Of a DNA stretch of 36,902 nt, positions 18,888-27,148 are shown piece after piece; the stretch's first letter is position 1, and each line of letters opens with the position of its first letter. Both the position numbers and the translations under genes were made by a program. This DNA comes from a virus. Lineage: Duplodnaviria; Caudoviricetes. The stretch covers positions 1 to 36,902 of the IMG/VR virus record IMGVR_UViG_3300032013_000004. The stretch is one strand, 5' to 3'. Below the pieces are notes generated by a model that searched no databases, had not been told where the DNA came from, and saw only the letters and a program-made list of their open reading frames with translations.

Positions 18888-18992
18888 GATTCCCTCCGTG
18901 CTATAATGGCCCTGCTAGCCTATTCCTTGATTGGTTAGCCTTATTCTCGATGATGATGGCCGGTGATGTTTCGATTCACCGGCCATCATCGC

Positions 18993-19283
18993 TTAAGCCT
19001 CTCCCTTTGCTTTTGCGATTGCCTTACGCGCTTCTTCGTGCCAGTCCTCCGTACACAGGTCACCGTCGCAGCCTGTCTGCTGCAAGGCAAATTCCAACGC
19101 TTCCAGCAAGTCAGGCGCGGCGGCTATCAGGTTGGCGTCCGGTTCGTCTATGTCCACATAGGGGAAGTAATCATCGGTCAGCGCCGCAGTGAATACATCG
19201 CTCCCGACTGTTGTCAGCCTCTTCCGAAGCCCATCTGAATGCTCCCAATGCCATGGCCCTTTCGTATGCTTCGATTCGCTCAT
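18993..19283 (-). CDS. Conserved phage early protein
   Basis: 'HTKGPW...DANLIAAAPDLLEAL' signature. Confidence 0.8.
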   Translation of the reverse strand: MSESKHTKGPWHWEHSDGLRKRLTTVGSDVFTAALTDDYFPYVDIDEPDANLIAAAPDLLEALEFALQQTGCDGDLCTEDWHEEARKAIAKAKGEA

Positions 19284-19999
19284 CGTTTCCCTCCGTTCCG
19301 AAACGCAGCCTTCAGCGCCACGAATATCTTTCGCTGTTCGGCCACCCCGAACGTATCAAACACCCCGGCCATATCGTCAGTTTCAATCGCGTAGTTGAAA
19401 TGCTCCTCCATCCACGTGGCAACCTTGTCCTTGCCCCACTGTAGCTCGTTGATAAGCCGCAGAATTTCGCGCGTGCCTTTGCTGCCCGTCGGCTTGGCTT
19501 CAGGTTCAGCCTCGGCGTACTTCTCGGCCTTGTAGTCTGAGTCGTACAAGTCCAGCGCGATACCGAGAAGCGAAGCGCATTTCTTCATTGCGTCAGTCGC
19601 CGCGCCCTTGTAGGCATCACCAAGCGATACCGGACTCTCGCCGCTCTTCAGCATTTCTATCGGCTGGCACCCGAATTGAGTTTTGGTGACTGCCTGCCCG
19701 TTCAGCCGGACGGTGAGAATCCCGCGCACCTTCACCTCGAAGGGCTTCCCGTTGTTCAGCAGCAACTCTTCGTTGTCGGCCACGAAATCCCAATCCCAAC
19801 CGAACGCTTGATTCAACGTGCGGATAACGTACGCGCCATCGGTGTACTTTAGCTTCATCCCGCCGCGTCCGACGCGCACGCGGATTTCGCTAGGCGGCGT
19901 GGCCTGCGTGGCAATCCGGCGCAGCGCGTCCATTTGGTCAAGTCGCCGCTGTACAGCTTCGGCTATCACTTCGGTCGGCTTCATCATTTCGCTACCCAT
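19280..19999 (-). CDS. Rad52/Sak-like single-strand annealing protein
   Basis: 'L.Y......I..LN..FG.DW' and 'AYKGAATDAMKKCA..LGI..DLY'. Confidence 0.85.
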   Translation of the reverse strand: MGSEMMKPTEVIAEAVQRRLDQMDALRRIATQATPPSEIRVRVGRGGMKLKYTDGAYVIRTLNQAFGWDWDFVADNEELLLNNGKPFEVKVRGILTVRLNGQAVTKTQFGCQPIEMLKSGESPVSLGDAYKGAATDAMKKCASLLGIALDLYDSDYKAEKYAEAEPEAKPTGSKGTREILRLINELQWGKDKVATWMEEHFNYAIETDDMAGVFDTFGVAEQRKIFVALKAAFRNGGKR

Positions 20000-20104
20000 T
20001 GTTTCCCCTTTCGTTAAGCGGGGAGCGCAGCAACCCGTGTTATCCCTGACACTAGCCGCGCTCCCCTTTTGCCCCGTCGTCCCCCAACGACGCAGGCAAA
20101 CTCG

Positions 20105-20476
20105 TTAAACTCTCCACTGCGCGCCCTCTGGCCCGTCAATCACCACGCAATGGCCGCGCGGCATAGGCGCCGCAATCACCAGCACGCCATCCTGCATCCG
20201 GTGGCACTTCGGGCACTTGCCGCCCCGCAGTTCATTGAAGTGGCAGGAATGGCCGCAGTAGCAATGCCATTGAAGCTCCGCACCGTCGCCTCCTTCGCGC
20301 TCAAGCTGCCCTTGCAAGCGCATACGTTCAGCGTGGAGGCCGTCCTCGTGTGAGCGCAGCAGTTCGACGGTTGCCAGCTTTCGCGCGATGTCCCGCTGCG
20401 CTATGGCTAGTTCCCTGTCCACCACAGCGATTCGCGCTTTCAGCTCGTCGGTTTTGTTCATTGGTTCCTCCGTCAC
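20105..20476 (-). CDS. Coiled-coil plus zinc-finger protein
   Basis: CYCGH...CPKC, GTGA overlap with the upstream gene. Confidence 0.65.
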   Translation of the reverse strand: MTEEPMNKTDELKARIAVVDRELAIAQRDIARKLATVELLRSHEDGLHAERMRLQGQLEREGGDGAELQWHCYCGHSCHFNELRGGKCPKCHRMQDGVLVIAAPMPRGHCVVIDGPEGAQWRV

Positions 20477-20748
20477 GACGGGAGTCGCATCTGACCGTCT
20501 TGACAGTACACGTCATCAAGCTCGCCACGAATAATCCATCCCCAAGTGAGGCGATTGAGCCAAGCCGCGCAGACGTGGCGAGCGGAAAAGCCGAGAGTTT
20601 TAGCAAACTCAACGGCCTGCTTCTTGCTGTCCCAGCTTTGCGCCGTGGCCAAGCTGTCGCTCCGGTAAGCCAATCCTGTGCCGACAAGCGTAATAAGGGA
20701 GCGCGTTGTATTTGATTGAGTTCGCCGTGTTTCGTATTTAAGTAGCAT
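20473..20748 (-). CDS. Hypothetical protein
   Basis: 91 aa, GGAGG RBS. Confidence 0.65.
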   Translation of the reverse strand: MLLKYETRRTQSNTTRSLITLVGTGLAYRSDSLATAQSWDSKKQAVEFAKTLGFSARHVCAAWLNRLTWGWIIRGELDDVYCQDGQMRLPS

Positions 20749-20760
20749 GGTCGTCCTCCG

Positions 20761-21096
20761 TTAAACCATCCAGCCCGTGTTTCTAGCCGTGTACATAGCC
20801 ATCTGCCCGATTGTCGGTTCGACTTCCGCTCCGCGCTCGCGGAACGACTGACACAGAATGTTTGCCTGCGCGCCAGCGGCCAGATGCTTGCAGTAGAGGC
20901 CCGCTTGTCCACCCTTGCAGTTGCATTCGCCTAGCTTGTGGCCATTGGCGACGATAAAGCGCACCGTGTAAACGTCGCCCTTGCTGCCGGTTACGCTATA
21001 TGTGCGCTCCGTCACATTAAGGACTTTGACTTTCAGGTGTTCGGCTTTCGCTCTCTGAATCGCCTTCTGCATTTTCGCGGGTTCTAATTTCAGCAT
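20761..21096 (-). CDS. SWIM zinc-finger protein
   Basis: Start MLKLEPAK after AGGAG. 'Y.V.GS.G..Y.V...C.C.........CKH'. Confidence 0.8.
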   Translation of the reverse strand: MLKLEPAKMQKAIQRAKAEHLKVKVLNVTERTYSVTGSKGDVYTVRFIVANGHKLGECNCKGGQAGLYCKHLAAGAQANILCQSFRERGAEVEPTIGQMAMYTARNTGWMV

Positions 21097-21109
21097 TTCG
21101 AGCTTCTCC

Positions 21110-21367
21110 TTAGCGAAAATAGATGCCGTTATCCACTTGACCACCGAGCGCGGGCGGCTGCATCGTCGGGGATAACCTGTCCCTGTAGTTAAGGGCTGAA
21201 AGCTCACCGCCCTGGTGGCCCCAGAACACCGCATATACGTCGTTCTTCTGGTTGACGACGCAGTAGACCGGCGTTCTATAAGCAAATCCGGCGTCGTCGT
21301 GCGTTATGCGCGTCACGAGAACGACGCGAAAAGTAAATGCCTGCTTGCTGATTTCGAGTTTTAACAT
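21110..21367 (-). CDS. Hypothetical protein, first gene of leftward operon
   Basis: 85 aa, GGAGG RBS. Confidence 0.65.
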   Translation of the reverse strand: MLKLEISKQAFTFRVVLVTRITHDDAGFAYRTPVYCVVNQKNDVYAVFWGHQGGELSALNYRDRLSPTMQPPALGGQVDNGIYFR

Positions 21368-21423
21368 ATCGGGCCTCCGTGTTTATCAATCTGCCATCGT
21401 TCCGTCATCTCTGCAATGACGGG

Positions 21424-21451
21424 ATGATAGCACACCGCTAGCGCAATGCAA
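21424..21451 (-). promoter_or_regulatory. Leftward early promoter pL with operator
   Basis: TTGCAT-16 bp-TATCAT with extended TG. Spacer contains the palindrome CGCTAGCG (21436-21443). Confidence 0.65.
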
Positions 21452-21788
21452 GAGAAAAATGCAAAAAACAATAAAATTCTCTATATGTGCGGCGGCGCAC
21501 AGATAGGGGATAAAATTCCCCCGTATGCTAAAACCTCAAAAACATTTCAAGTGGGTTGGCTGGGAAAGGAAGGACGAGAAAAGCGCTTTCGCGTGGTGTT
21601 TCGCCGCACAATATTATTGCTAAATGGTTTTACAAAGCGTATGCTCGGAAATAGGCGCGCCTCACCCGCTGCGCCATATGCCTCCACGAACACTAACGAT
21701 GGAGGCCCCCAGGTGATGCCCCATGATGTACATATCACCCCAGAAAAATAATTAACCAATAAACACGCCAGGCACAGAGCTACCCGTT

Positions 21789-22007
21789 ATGACTCCGCAA
21801 TCAACACAAGTCCATCTTTTAGCGCTTGCCGAAGTTGTCTCACTACTACTAGCCTATAGACACACCCCCGCCCGCGTGCGGCATGTTCTCCTCAATTTCA
21901 CAAAAGAATTAAAGACACTTCTCCCTGCGGAATCACTGAACGACATCGAATCCGCCGAGGCGAAGGCTATTATTAGAGCCGTTGCCTACGACGACTCAGG
22001 CGACTGA
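21789..22007 (+). CDS. Hypothetical protein convergent on repressor
   Basis: 72 aa amphipathic ORF with weak RBS. Confidence 0.4.
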   Translation: MTPQSTQVHLLALAEVVSLLLAYRHTPARVRHVLLNFTKELKTLLPAESLNDIESAEAKAIIRAVAYDDSGD

Positions 22008-22285
22008 AGCTTTCGGCGTAAATCATCGCGGTGACGATTGCGAACCTCCGCAGACTTGCGGTCTTCGTCGAGGACTGTCTCCGCGATGATGTCGCCGTAG
22101 CGATTCATCGCCTCGATAATAAATTTACTGACGCTTAAGAAACCGGCTGTCGAGCCGAGCTCGGTGAAGCGCGCCTTCTCTTCGACACTCACCCTCAGTA
22201 GGATTTGTGCCCTACCGCCTTTAGACTCTTCATTTAACTCGTCACTGAAATCTTCGGTTAGTTCTTCGGCCATGTGCTTTTTCAT
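21986..22285 (-). CDS. Ribbon-helix-helix regulator (candidate immunity repressor)
   Basis: 'AQILLRVSVEEKARFTELGSTAGFLSVSKFIIEAM' RHH pattern. Start at 22285 or 22273. Confidence 0.7.
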   Translation of the reverse strand: MKKHMAEELTEDFSDELNEESKGGRAQILLRVSVEEKARFTELGSTAGFLSVSKFIIEAMNRYGDIIAETVLDEDRKSAEVRNRHRDDLRRKLQSPESS

Positions 22286-22337
22286 GGAGCGTATCCCATC
22301 GGGCAAAGGAAATCTTATCATCGGGCAGAGATAAGTG

Positions 22338-22382
22338 TTGACAGATTGCTGATGCAATGATATCACTGCGCTAGCGATGCAA
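22338..22382 (+). promoter_or_regulatory. Rightward promoter pR with operators
   Basis: TTGACA-17 bp-TATCAC (imperfect -10). Dyad ATTGC-tgat-GCAAT in the spacer and CGCTAGCG at 22369-22376. Confidence 0.6.
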
Positions 22383-22420
22383 TAACGTATCGCATTCAAG
22401 GGCAGAAGGAGGGGGGAAGA

Positions 22421-22609
22421 ATGGCACAGAACGCCAAAAAACGCCACGTCGGCGCGAAAAAAGTTAAGCCCGTTTTTGTTAGAGGGCTAAAGCCATCCAC
22501 CGCGAAATGGCTGCGCGAACAAATTGACGATGACAATCCGAGTCTTCCAAAAGTCGTGAAGAAGATTGTCGAAGATGAGCACCGCCGCAAGACGGAGCGC
22601 AAAGACTAG
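22421..22609 (+). CDS. Arc-like RHH regulator (Cro position)
   Basis: 'PVFVRGLKPSTAKWLREQ....SLPKVVKKIVE', GGAGG RBS. Confidence 0.7.
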   Translation: MAQNAKKRHVGAKKVKPVFVRGLKPSTAKWLREQIDDDNPSLPKVVKKIVEDEHRRKTERKD

Positions 22610-22659
22610 CAATCTCAGCCCGCGCCACCCGTCATTCACCGTTCGTCGGCGCGGGGTAT

Positions 22660-22710
22660 AGCTCTGAGGGACATCGGGCAATCGTCCCTCAGAGCTTCCA
22701 TTTCTATTTA
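22660..22710 (+). terminator. tR1-like terminator
   Basis: 13-bp stem AGCTCTGAGGGAC/GTCCCTCAGAGCT followed by a T-rich tract. A second hairpin lies at 22619-22655. Confidence 0.6.
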
Positions 22711-22751
22711 TGTGAACAACAACCCCACAGAAAGCGCTTGTAAAGGCAGTA

Positions 22752-23654
22752 ATGATTATCCGCGCACCTCACAACCAGCAGAATCCGTTTTTCCAGCTAC
22801 TGCGGTCCACGGCTCAGGACACCAACCTTACAGCCCGCGCACTTGGTGTACTCGCCTACTTGCTGTCGAAACCAGACAGTTGGGAGCCGTCCGTTGATGA
22901 CATCTGCCGACGGTTCTCCGACATCAGTCGGGACTACGCCTACAAGATCATTACCGAGATCTTTATTCCGCACCGATACGCTAAGCGGAGCAACGTGCGC
23001 GAGAAAGGCAAGATTGTTCGATGGGCAGTAGAGATCTACGAGAAGCCGTTTCCTGAAAACCAGGAAGAGGACGAACCAGTTCCGTCTCAGCCAGATCTGG
23101 CTAGTACGGAAATAGAACCAGATCCGCCTGTACCAGATCTGGTGGAGCCAGATCCGTGTCAGCCAGATGTGATTCCACCAGATCTGGCTGGGCAGGAGCT
23201 ATATAATACAGATAAGTACATAATACAGAGAAGAGATACTACAGAGAGAAACAAAGACATGTCCGGCGCTATCGCGCCCATTGTTGTCGGTCCCGTAGCT
23301 GAAGTCTTCTGCTACTGGCAGACAAGATTAAACCACCAGCAAGCCAAGCTCACACCTAAACGCAAGCGAAACATCGAAGCCCGCCTGAAGGAAAAGTACA
23401 CAGTTGAACAGATTAAAACCGCGATAGACGGCTGCGCCTCTTCCCCGTTCCACATGGGCCAGAACCAGAACGGGACGGTGTACGACGACATAGAGCTTAT
23501 CTGCCGGGACGGCGGCAAGCTGGAAGGCTTCATCGCAAAGGTGGAGACGCGCGGCGGCAACGGCGTACTCGCCCAATTCTCACCCGCCGCGCAGCAGACC
23601 ATAGCCGCGCTTGACGGGTTCGTGAAACGCCACATGGCGAAGGAGAAAATATGA
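22752..23654 (+). CDS. Replication initiator (lambda O analogue)
   Basis: N-terminal wHTH 'LTARALGVLAYLLSKPD.W', iteron-encoded linker, C-terminal 'VF.YW...KLT.KR..I.ARL..YT.EQI..AIDG'. Confidence 0.85.
   Translation: MIIRAPHNQQNPFFQLLRSTAQDTNLTARALGVLAYLLSKPDSWEPSVDDICRRFSDISRDYAYKIITEIFIPHRYAKRSNVREKGKIVRWAVEIYEKPFPENQEEDEPVPSQPDLASTEIEPDPPVPDLVEPDPCQPDVIPPDLAGQELYNTDKYIIQRRDTTERNKDMSGAIAPIVVGPVAEVFCYWQTRLNHQQAKLTPKRKRNIEARLKEKYTVEQIKTAIDGCASSPFHMGQNQNGTVYDDIELICRDGGKLEGFIAKVETRGGNGVLAQFSPAAQQTIAALDGFVKRHMAKEKI
23076..23258 (+). repeat. Replication origin: iterons plus A-rich unwinding element
   Basis: CCAGATC(T/C)G-like units at 23076, 23091, 23118, 23133, 23148, 23163 and 23178 (15-bp period), then ATAATACAGA x2 and an A-rich tract. 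Confidence 0.8.
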
Positions 23655-24484
23655 CTGACAGAGACTCAGTGGAATTTGCAAAACAACTGTCGCTCCTAAG
23701 TGAGACTTACGGCAAGCCGATTAGTGACGCGTTGGGCGAAATATACTTCCGCGCCCTGAGGGAGTTCACCATTGAGCAAGTTGAGGCCGCTGTAGAACTG
23801 GCCATTGATACCAGGAAGTTCTTTCCGAAACCAGCCGAACTTCGTGAGCTAATCGAAGGCAACCCCGAAGACAGGGCCGCGAACGCCTGGGCCGCATTCC
23901 TCGAAGCCGCCGCGAATGGCGGGACAGCCTCCGTCAAGTTCAGCGACAGGGCCACAGCCGCCGCTATGGACGCCGTATTCGGTAGCTGGCTGGAAGCCTG
24001 CCGTCTTCTCTCCGCTGGTGGAACGAATGAGCGCGGCAAACAGGTGAGCGGCTGCACCGACGAAATGCTGGCCAGCTACCAGAAGTCATTCCTGCGCCAA
24101 TACGCCGCCGCGCTGAACAGCAACCGCGAAGTTGAACTCTACCGCGCTGGACTCTCGGAAATGTCAATGCGCGAACAGGGAGCTACCTGGGCCAAGCGAA
24201 TGCCGACGCTTCAACAGCCGGTGCTGTTCGTCGGGCCGGATAGGACGATTGAGCTTTCACTGACATTCAACGTGGCGCAGGGGCAGCTAGCCGAGGAATC
24301 CCGCCGACTGCTTGAAGGGGGATTCGACATGGCGCTTAGGTCGCTCGACCGTCAGCGCCGAATGATGCAGGAGGCGCGCAACCGCACTGCCCTGCCCCCG
24401 GCTGAAGAAGAAATAGCAATGCCCGAAGAAGTCAAAGAGGCCATGACCCGCCTGCGGGACTGGCAACCAACAACACGCAGCTAA
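23651..24484 (+). CDS. Helicase loader/replisome organiser partner (DUF6475-like)
   Basis: 'Y..AL..F..EQV..A.......FFPKPAELRELI...A..AW', ATGA-coupled to the initiator. Confidence 0.65.
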   Translation: MTDRDSVEFAKQLSLLSETYGKPISDALGEIYFRALREFTIEQVEAAVELAIDTRKFFPKPAELRELIEGNPEDRAANAWAAFLEAAANGGTASVKFSDRATAAAMDAVFGSWLEACRLLSAGGTNERGKQVSGCTDEMLASYQKSFLRQYAAALNSNREVELYRAGLSEMSMREQGATWAKRMPTLQQPVLFVGPDRTIELSLTFNVAQGQLAEESRRLLEGGFDMALRSLDRQRRMMQEARNRTALPPAEEEIAMPEEVKEAMTRLRDWQPTTRS

Positions 24485-24497
24485 CAACGGAGGTCTT

Positions 24498-24668
24498 ATG
24501 GAAACTGAACGGATTATGACTGAGCAGGAAGCGCGAATGCTGGACGAACTCGAACGCAGAAAAGCCCGCGCTGCGGCGATTAAAGCGCGGCTTGTGGCGC
24601 CGCTGGACAAGATGAAGCGCCAGATAGTGCGAAAGATTAAACAGCTTGAGGCGGCAAGGAATAACTGA
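24498..24668 (+). CDS. Small basic helical protein (56 aa, not in ORF track)
   Basis: GGAGG RBS, METERIMTEQEARMLDELERRK...AARNN*, fills the gap exactly. Confidence 0.7.
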   Translation: METERIMTEQEARMLDELERRKARAAAIKARLVAPLDKMKRQIVRKIKQLEAARNN

Positions 24669-24670
24669 CT

Positions 24671-25012
24671 ATGACGAAAGAGCAACTCGAAAACAACATC
24701 CTAGCCGCCGTCGAAGAACTCAGAGTCGCGCGCAGTCAGCTTGAGCCGCTGGCCACTGAATGGGCCGTCGCTGACCAGAAATACCGCAAGGCTCAAGCCG
24801 TCGCGCTTTTACAGGCCGAAGGGACTATCCCCGAAAAGAAAGCGCACGTTGACAAAGTGTGCGGCAATGAGATGTACGCCGCGCACTCAGCCGACGCGCT
24901 GCGCGAAGCGGCGAAGCTGAACGTCGGCGCAATCCAGGCGGAATTATCAGCCTATCAGACATTGGCCCGCGTGATGGTCGCTGAGATGGGCTTGGCGGGC
25001 CGGTACGAATAA
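24671..25012 (+). CDS. Coiled-coil protein (UvsY-like architecture)
   Basis: 113 aa, all helical, 'Y.KA.A..LL...GT..EK.A'. Confidence 0.6.
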   Translation: MTKEQLENNILAAVEELRVARSQLEPLATEWAVADQKYRKAQAVALLQAEGTIPEKKAHVDKVCGNEMYAAHSADALREAAKLNVGAIQAELSAYQTLARVMVAEMGLAGRYE

Positions 25013-25031
25013 AGCAGGAGAAGGAGGAGAG

Positions 25032-25340
25032 ATGCAACGCTATTTGGATTTCACCTTGTATCCCAACATCCCAGGCTCGGCGCCGATTGATACATCCGAA
25101 GAAGCCGCTGAGTCCATGCGCGCATCTGCTCGCACTTTAAGGGCGAAGGCGCTGGAAGCCCTGCGGCGATATGGCCCGCTTACGGCTGACGAAATCGCCG
25201 GGAAGATAGGCAAGACGGTCTTGGCGATTCGGCCACGCGTAACCGAATTGTTCAAGATGGGCCGCATCGAGGACACCGGGTCACGTCGCAGGAACGACAG
25301 CGGGCGCCGCGCCGTGGTGTGGAGGGTGGCTACCAAATAA
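25032..25340 (+). CDS. Winged-helix DNA-binding protein
   Basis: 'TS.EAA...GPLTADEIA......RPRVTEL...GRI.DTG.RR...SGR.A.VW'. Confidence 0.8.
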   Translation: MQRYLDFTLYPNIPGSAPIDTSEEAAESMRASARTLRAKALEALRRYGPLTADEIAGKIGKTVLAIRPRVTELFKMGRIEDTGSRRRNDSGRRAVVWRVATK

Positions 25341-25353
25341 AGGAGGTCAAGAA

Positions 25354-25728
25354 ATGGCATTAAGTGAAATAGAGGTTCAGTCGTTACGAGATCAAATAAG
25401 AGAGCTATCCGCGCAGTTAATAGCTAATGGCGACGAAGAAATTTTAGCCAGGCTGCGGTCGGGTGAACTGGACGGCGAAGATGGATTCCATGGTGAAGAC
25501 GAAGACGGGGAATGGGATATGGACGACAACGCGCCCGAGTACCGGTATGCGCATGATTTAGCAGCAGCCGATGGCGCGGGGTACGAGTCGAGTTGTAGCG
25601 GCAGCTACTACAGTCTGGCAACTCCTGACCCTATGCACTACGGCCTCCCCGACGATGTAGAAGTGGAGATGGAATGCATGGATGGCCATCGCCCCGTGCG
25701 GATATATCGCCCGAAGTTGGAAGAATAA
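25354..25728 (+). CDS. Acidic hypothetical protein
   Basis: 124 aa, very Asp/Glu-rich, AAGGAGG RBS. Confidence 0.7.
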   Translation: MALSEIEVQSLRDQIRELSAQLIANGDEEILARLRSGELDGEDGFHGEDEDGEWDMDDNAPEYRYAHDLAAADGAGYESSCSGSYYSLATPDPMHYGLPDDVEVEMECMDGHRPVRIYRPKLEE

Positions 25729-25768
25729 CCACAACATCCCGTGGGATGTGTAACCAAAGGAGAAAACA

Positions 25769-27148
25769 ATGAGAGTAGAACTTAAAAGCCTCCAGCCTAA
25801 CCCGATGCGCGATTTCACCGTTGATCCTATTGATGATGATCGCGTCAAGGAGTTGGCTGCGTCTATCAAGGAAGACGGTTTCTGGGGTGGCGTCGTTTGT
25901 CGTCGCACACATAACAACGGTATCCAGATCGCAGCCGGACATCATCGCATCAAGGCAGCGATGAAGGCAGGCATCCAAGAAGCCGATGTCTTCGCAGGTG
26001 ATCTCGACGACGCTTCGATGATCCGCATCTACGCGAGAGAGAATGCCCTTCAGCGCGGCAATACTGGAACAGCGTTGGCTGGTAGCGTCGCGGCAGCGAT
26101 TCGGTTTACAGCGAAGGCGGTTCTTACAGGGGGAGGATCTGAACAATTGTTCAGATCCTCCGATCTTGCAGAATTGCGAGGCAATCTTACCTCCGATCGA
26201 GGCTTGGGCCGCGACATCATTGTGCGCTTTCTCGATGGCGTCCCAGGTGTCACCGACCGCACTGTTCAAGAACAGCTCGCAAACCTCAAGTCATCAGGCG
26301 ACTACGCCCGCATCATCCGCGAGGTACAACAACAAATCGAGAAAGAAAACCAGGAGGCCCTGAAGGCGCTCGCTCGTGCCGAGGCCCAACAGAAAAAGCT
26401 TCAGGAGGAACGGGAGGCCGCTGAGGCGCGTCAGCGCGAGGCTGAGGAGCGTCGCAAGGAGGCAGCGAAGGCGGCACGCGCGGCCAAGGAGGAGGCCGAT
26501 AGGAAGCGTGCCGAAGCCGACGCGCAACGCGCCGAACTGGCCAGGCAAAAGGCTGAGGCCGAAGCCAAGCTTGCGGCTAAGCGCAAGGCGGAGGCCGACG
26601 AGCAAATGAAACAGTTCGATGCCCTCAAGAAAACCCGTGACACCGCCGAGAAGGCTGCGACAAAAGCCGAAGAGCGTGACAAGACTTTCGACTTTGAAGG
26701 CGTCGCCAAGTACCTCAAGAACTCCAGTCACATTGATGTCTTCCGTCAATTAGCCACAGGCGAAGGCGTCCGCCCATATCTGCCTGTTAATCAACAGGCG
26801 GCACTCGCCAAGGCGCTTGTCGATCTCGCGGGAGACGGCGAGCTAAGCGCACGGTTCATCCGTGAGAATTTCATGTCCCTAGTGATGGATGTGAAGCATA
26901 CCGAAAGGAGGTTTAACGCTGAGGAAAAGGCGGACCTGCTCAAAAAGGACTGGTCCGCCAAAGCGCGTGTTTATCAGGATGATATGGCGCGCAATGCACG
27001 AGGGTTTTTGGCTGCGGCGAGATCGCTCGCAGATCACGACAAGAACCGTCCGAGTGGAGTCACTCTGCAAGCTACCTCGGAATTTCGAACCGCAATGCAG
27101 AATATTAAACGGGCTGTGGCCCTTATCGAGAAAGCAGGTATTTTATGA
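25769..27148 (+). CDS. ParB/Srx N-terminal domain protein with long coiled coil
   Basis: 'L.PNP.R...ELAASIKEDG', GHHR box and 'EN..QR' CTP-binding motifs, putative HTH, then an Ala/Glu/Lys/Arg coiled coil of over 100 aa. Confidence 0.85.
   Translation: MRVELKSLQPNPMRDFTVDPIDDDRVKELAASIKEDGFWGGVVCRRTHNNGIQIAAGHHRIKAAMKAGIQEADVFAGDLDDASMIRIYARENALQRGNTGTALAGSVAAAIRFTAKAVLTGGGSEQLFRSSDLAELRGNLTSDRGLGRDIIVRFLDGVPGVTDRTVQEQLANLKSSGDYARIIREVQQQIEKENQEALKALARAEAQQKKLQEEREAAEARQREAEERRKEAAKAARAAKEEADRKRAEADAQRAELARQKAEAEAKLAAKRKAEADEQMKQFDALKKTRDTAEKAATKAEERDKTFDFEGVAKYLKNSSHIDVFRQLATGEGVRPYLPVNQQAALAKALVDLAGDGELSARFIRENFMSLVMDVKHTERRFNAEEKADLLKKDWSAKARVYQDDMARNARGFLAAARSLADHDKNRPSGVTLQATSEFRTAMQNIKRAVALIEKAGIL
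26132..26161. repeat. Perfect 30-bp palindrome within parB
   Basis: GGAGGATCTGAACAA|TTGTTCAGATCCTCC. Confidence 0.95.

Noticed and set aside
23076-23190. CRISPR-like mini-array
   Set aside because: Units are about 9 bp with a 15-bp period inside the initiator gene, typical of iterons. No cas genes.
26132-26161. Protelomerase (telRL) target for a linear plasmid prophage
   Set aside because: No protelomerase-like ORF was seen, the site is intragenic, and an integrase with attP is present.
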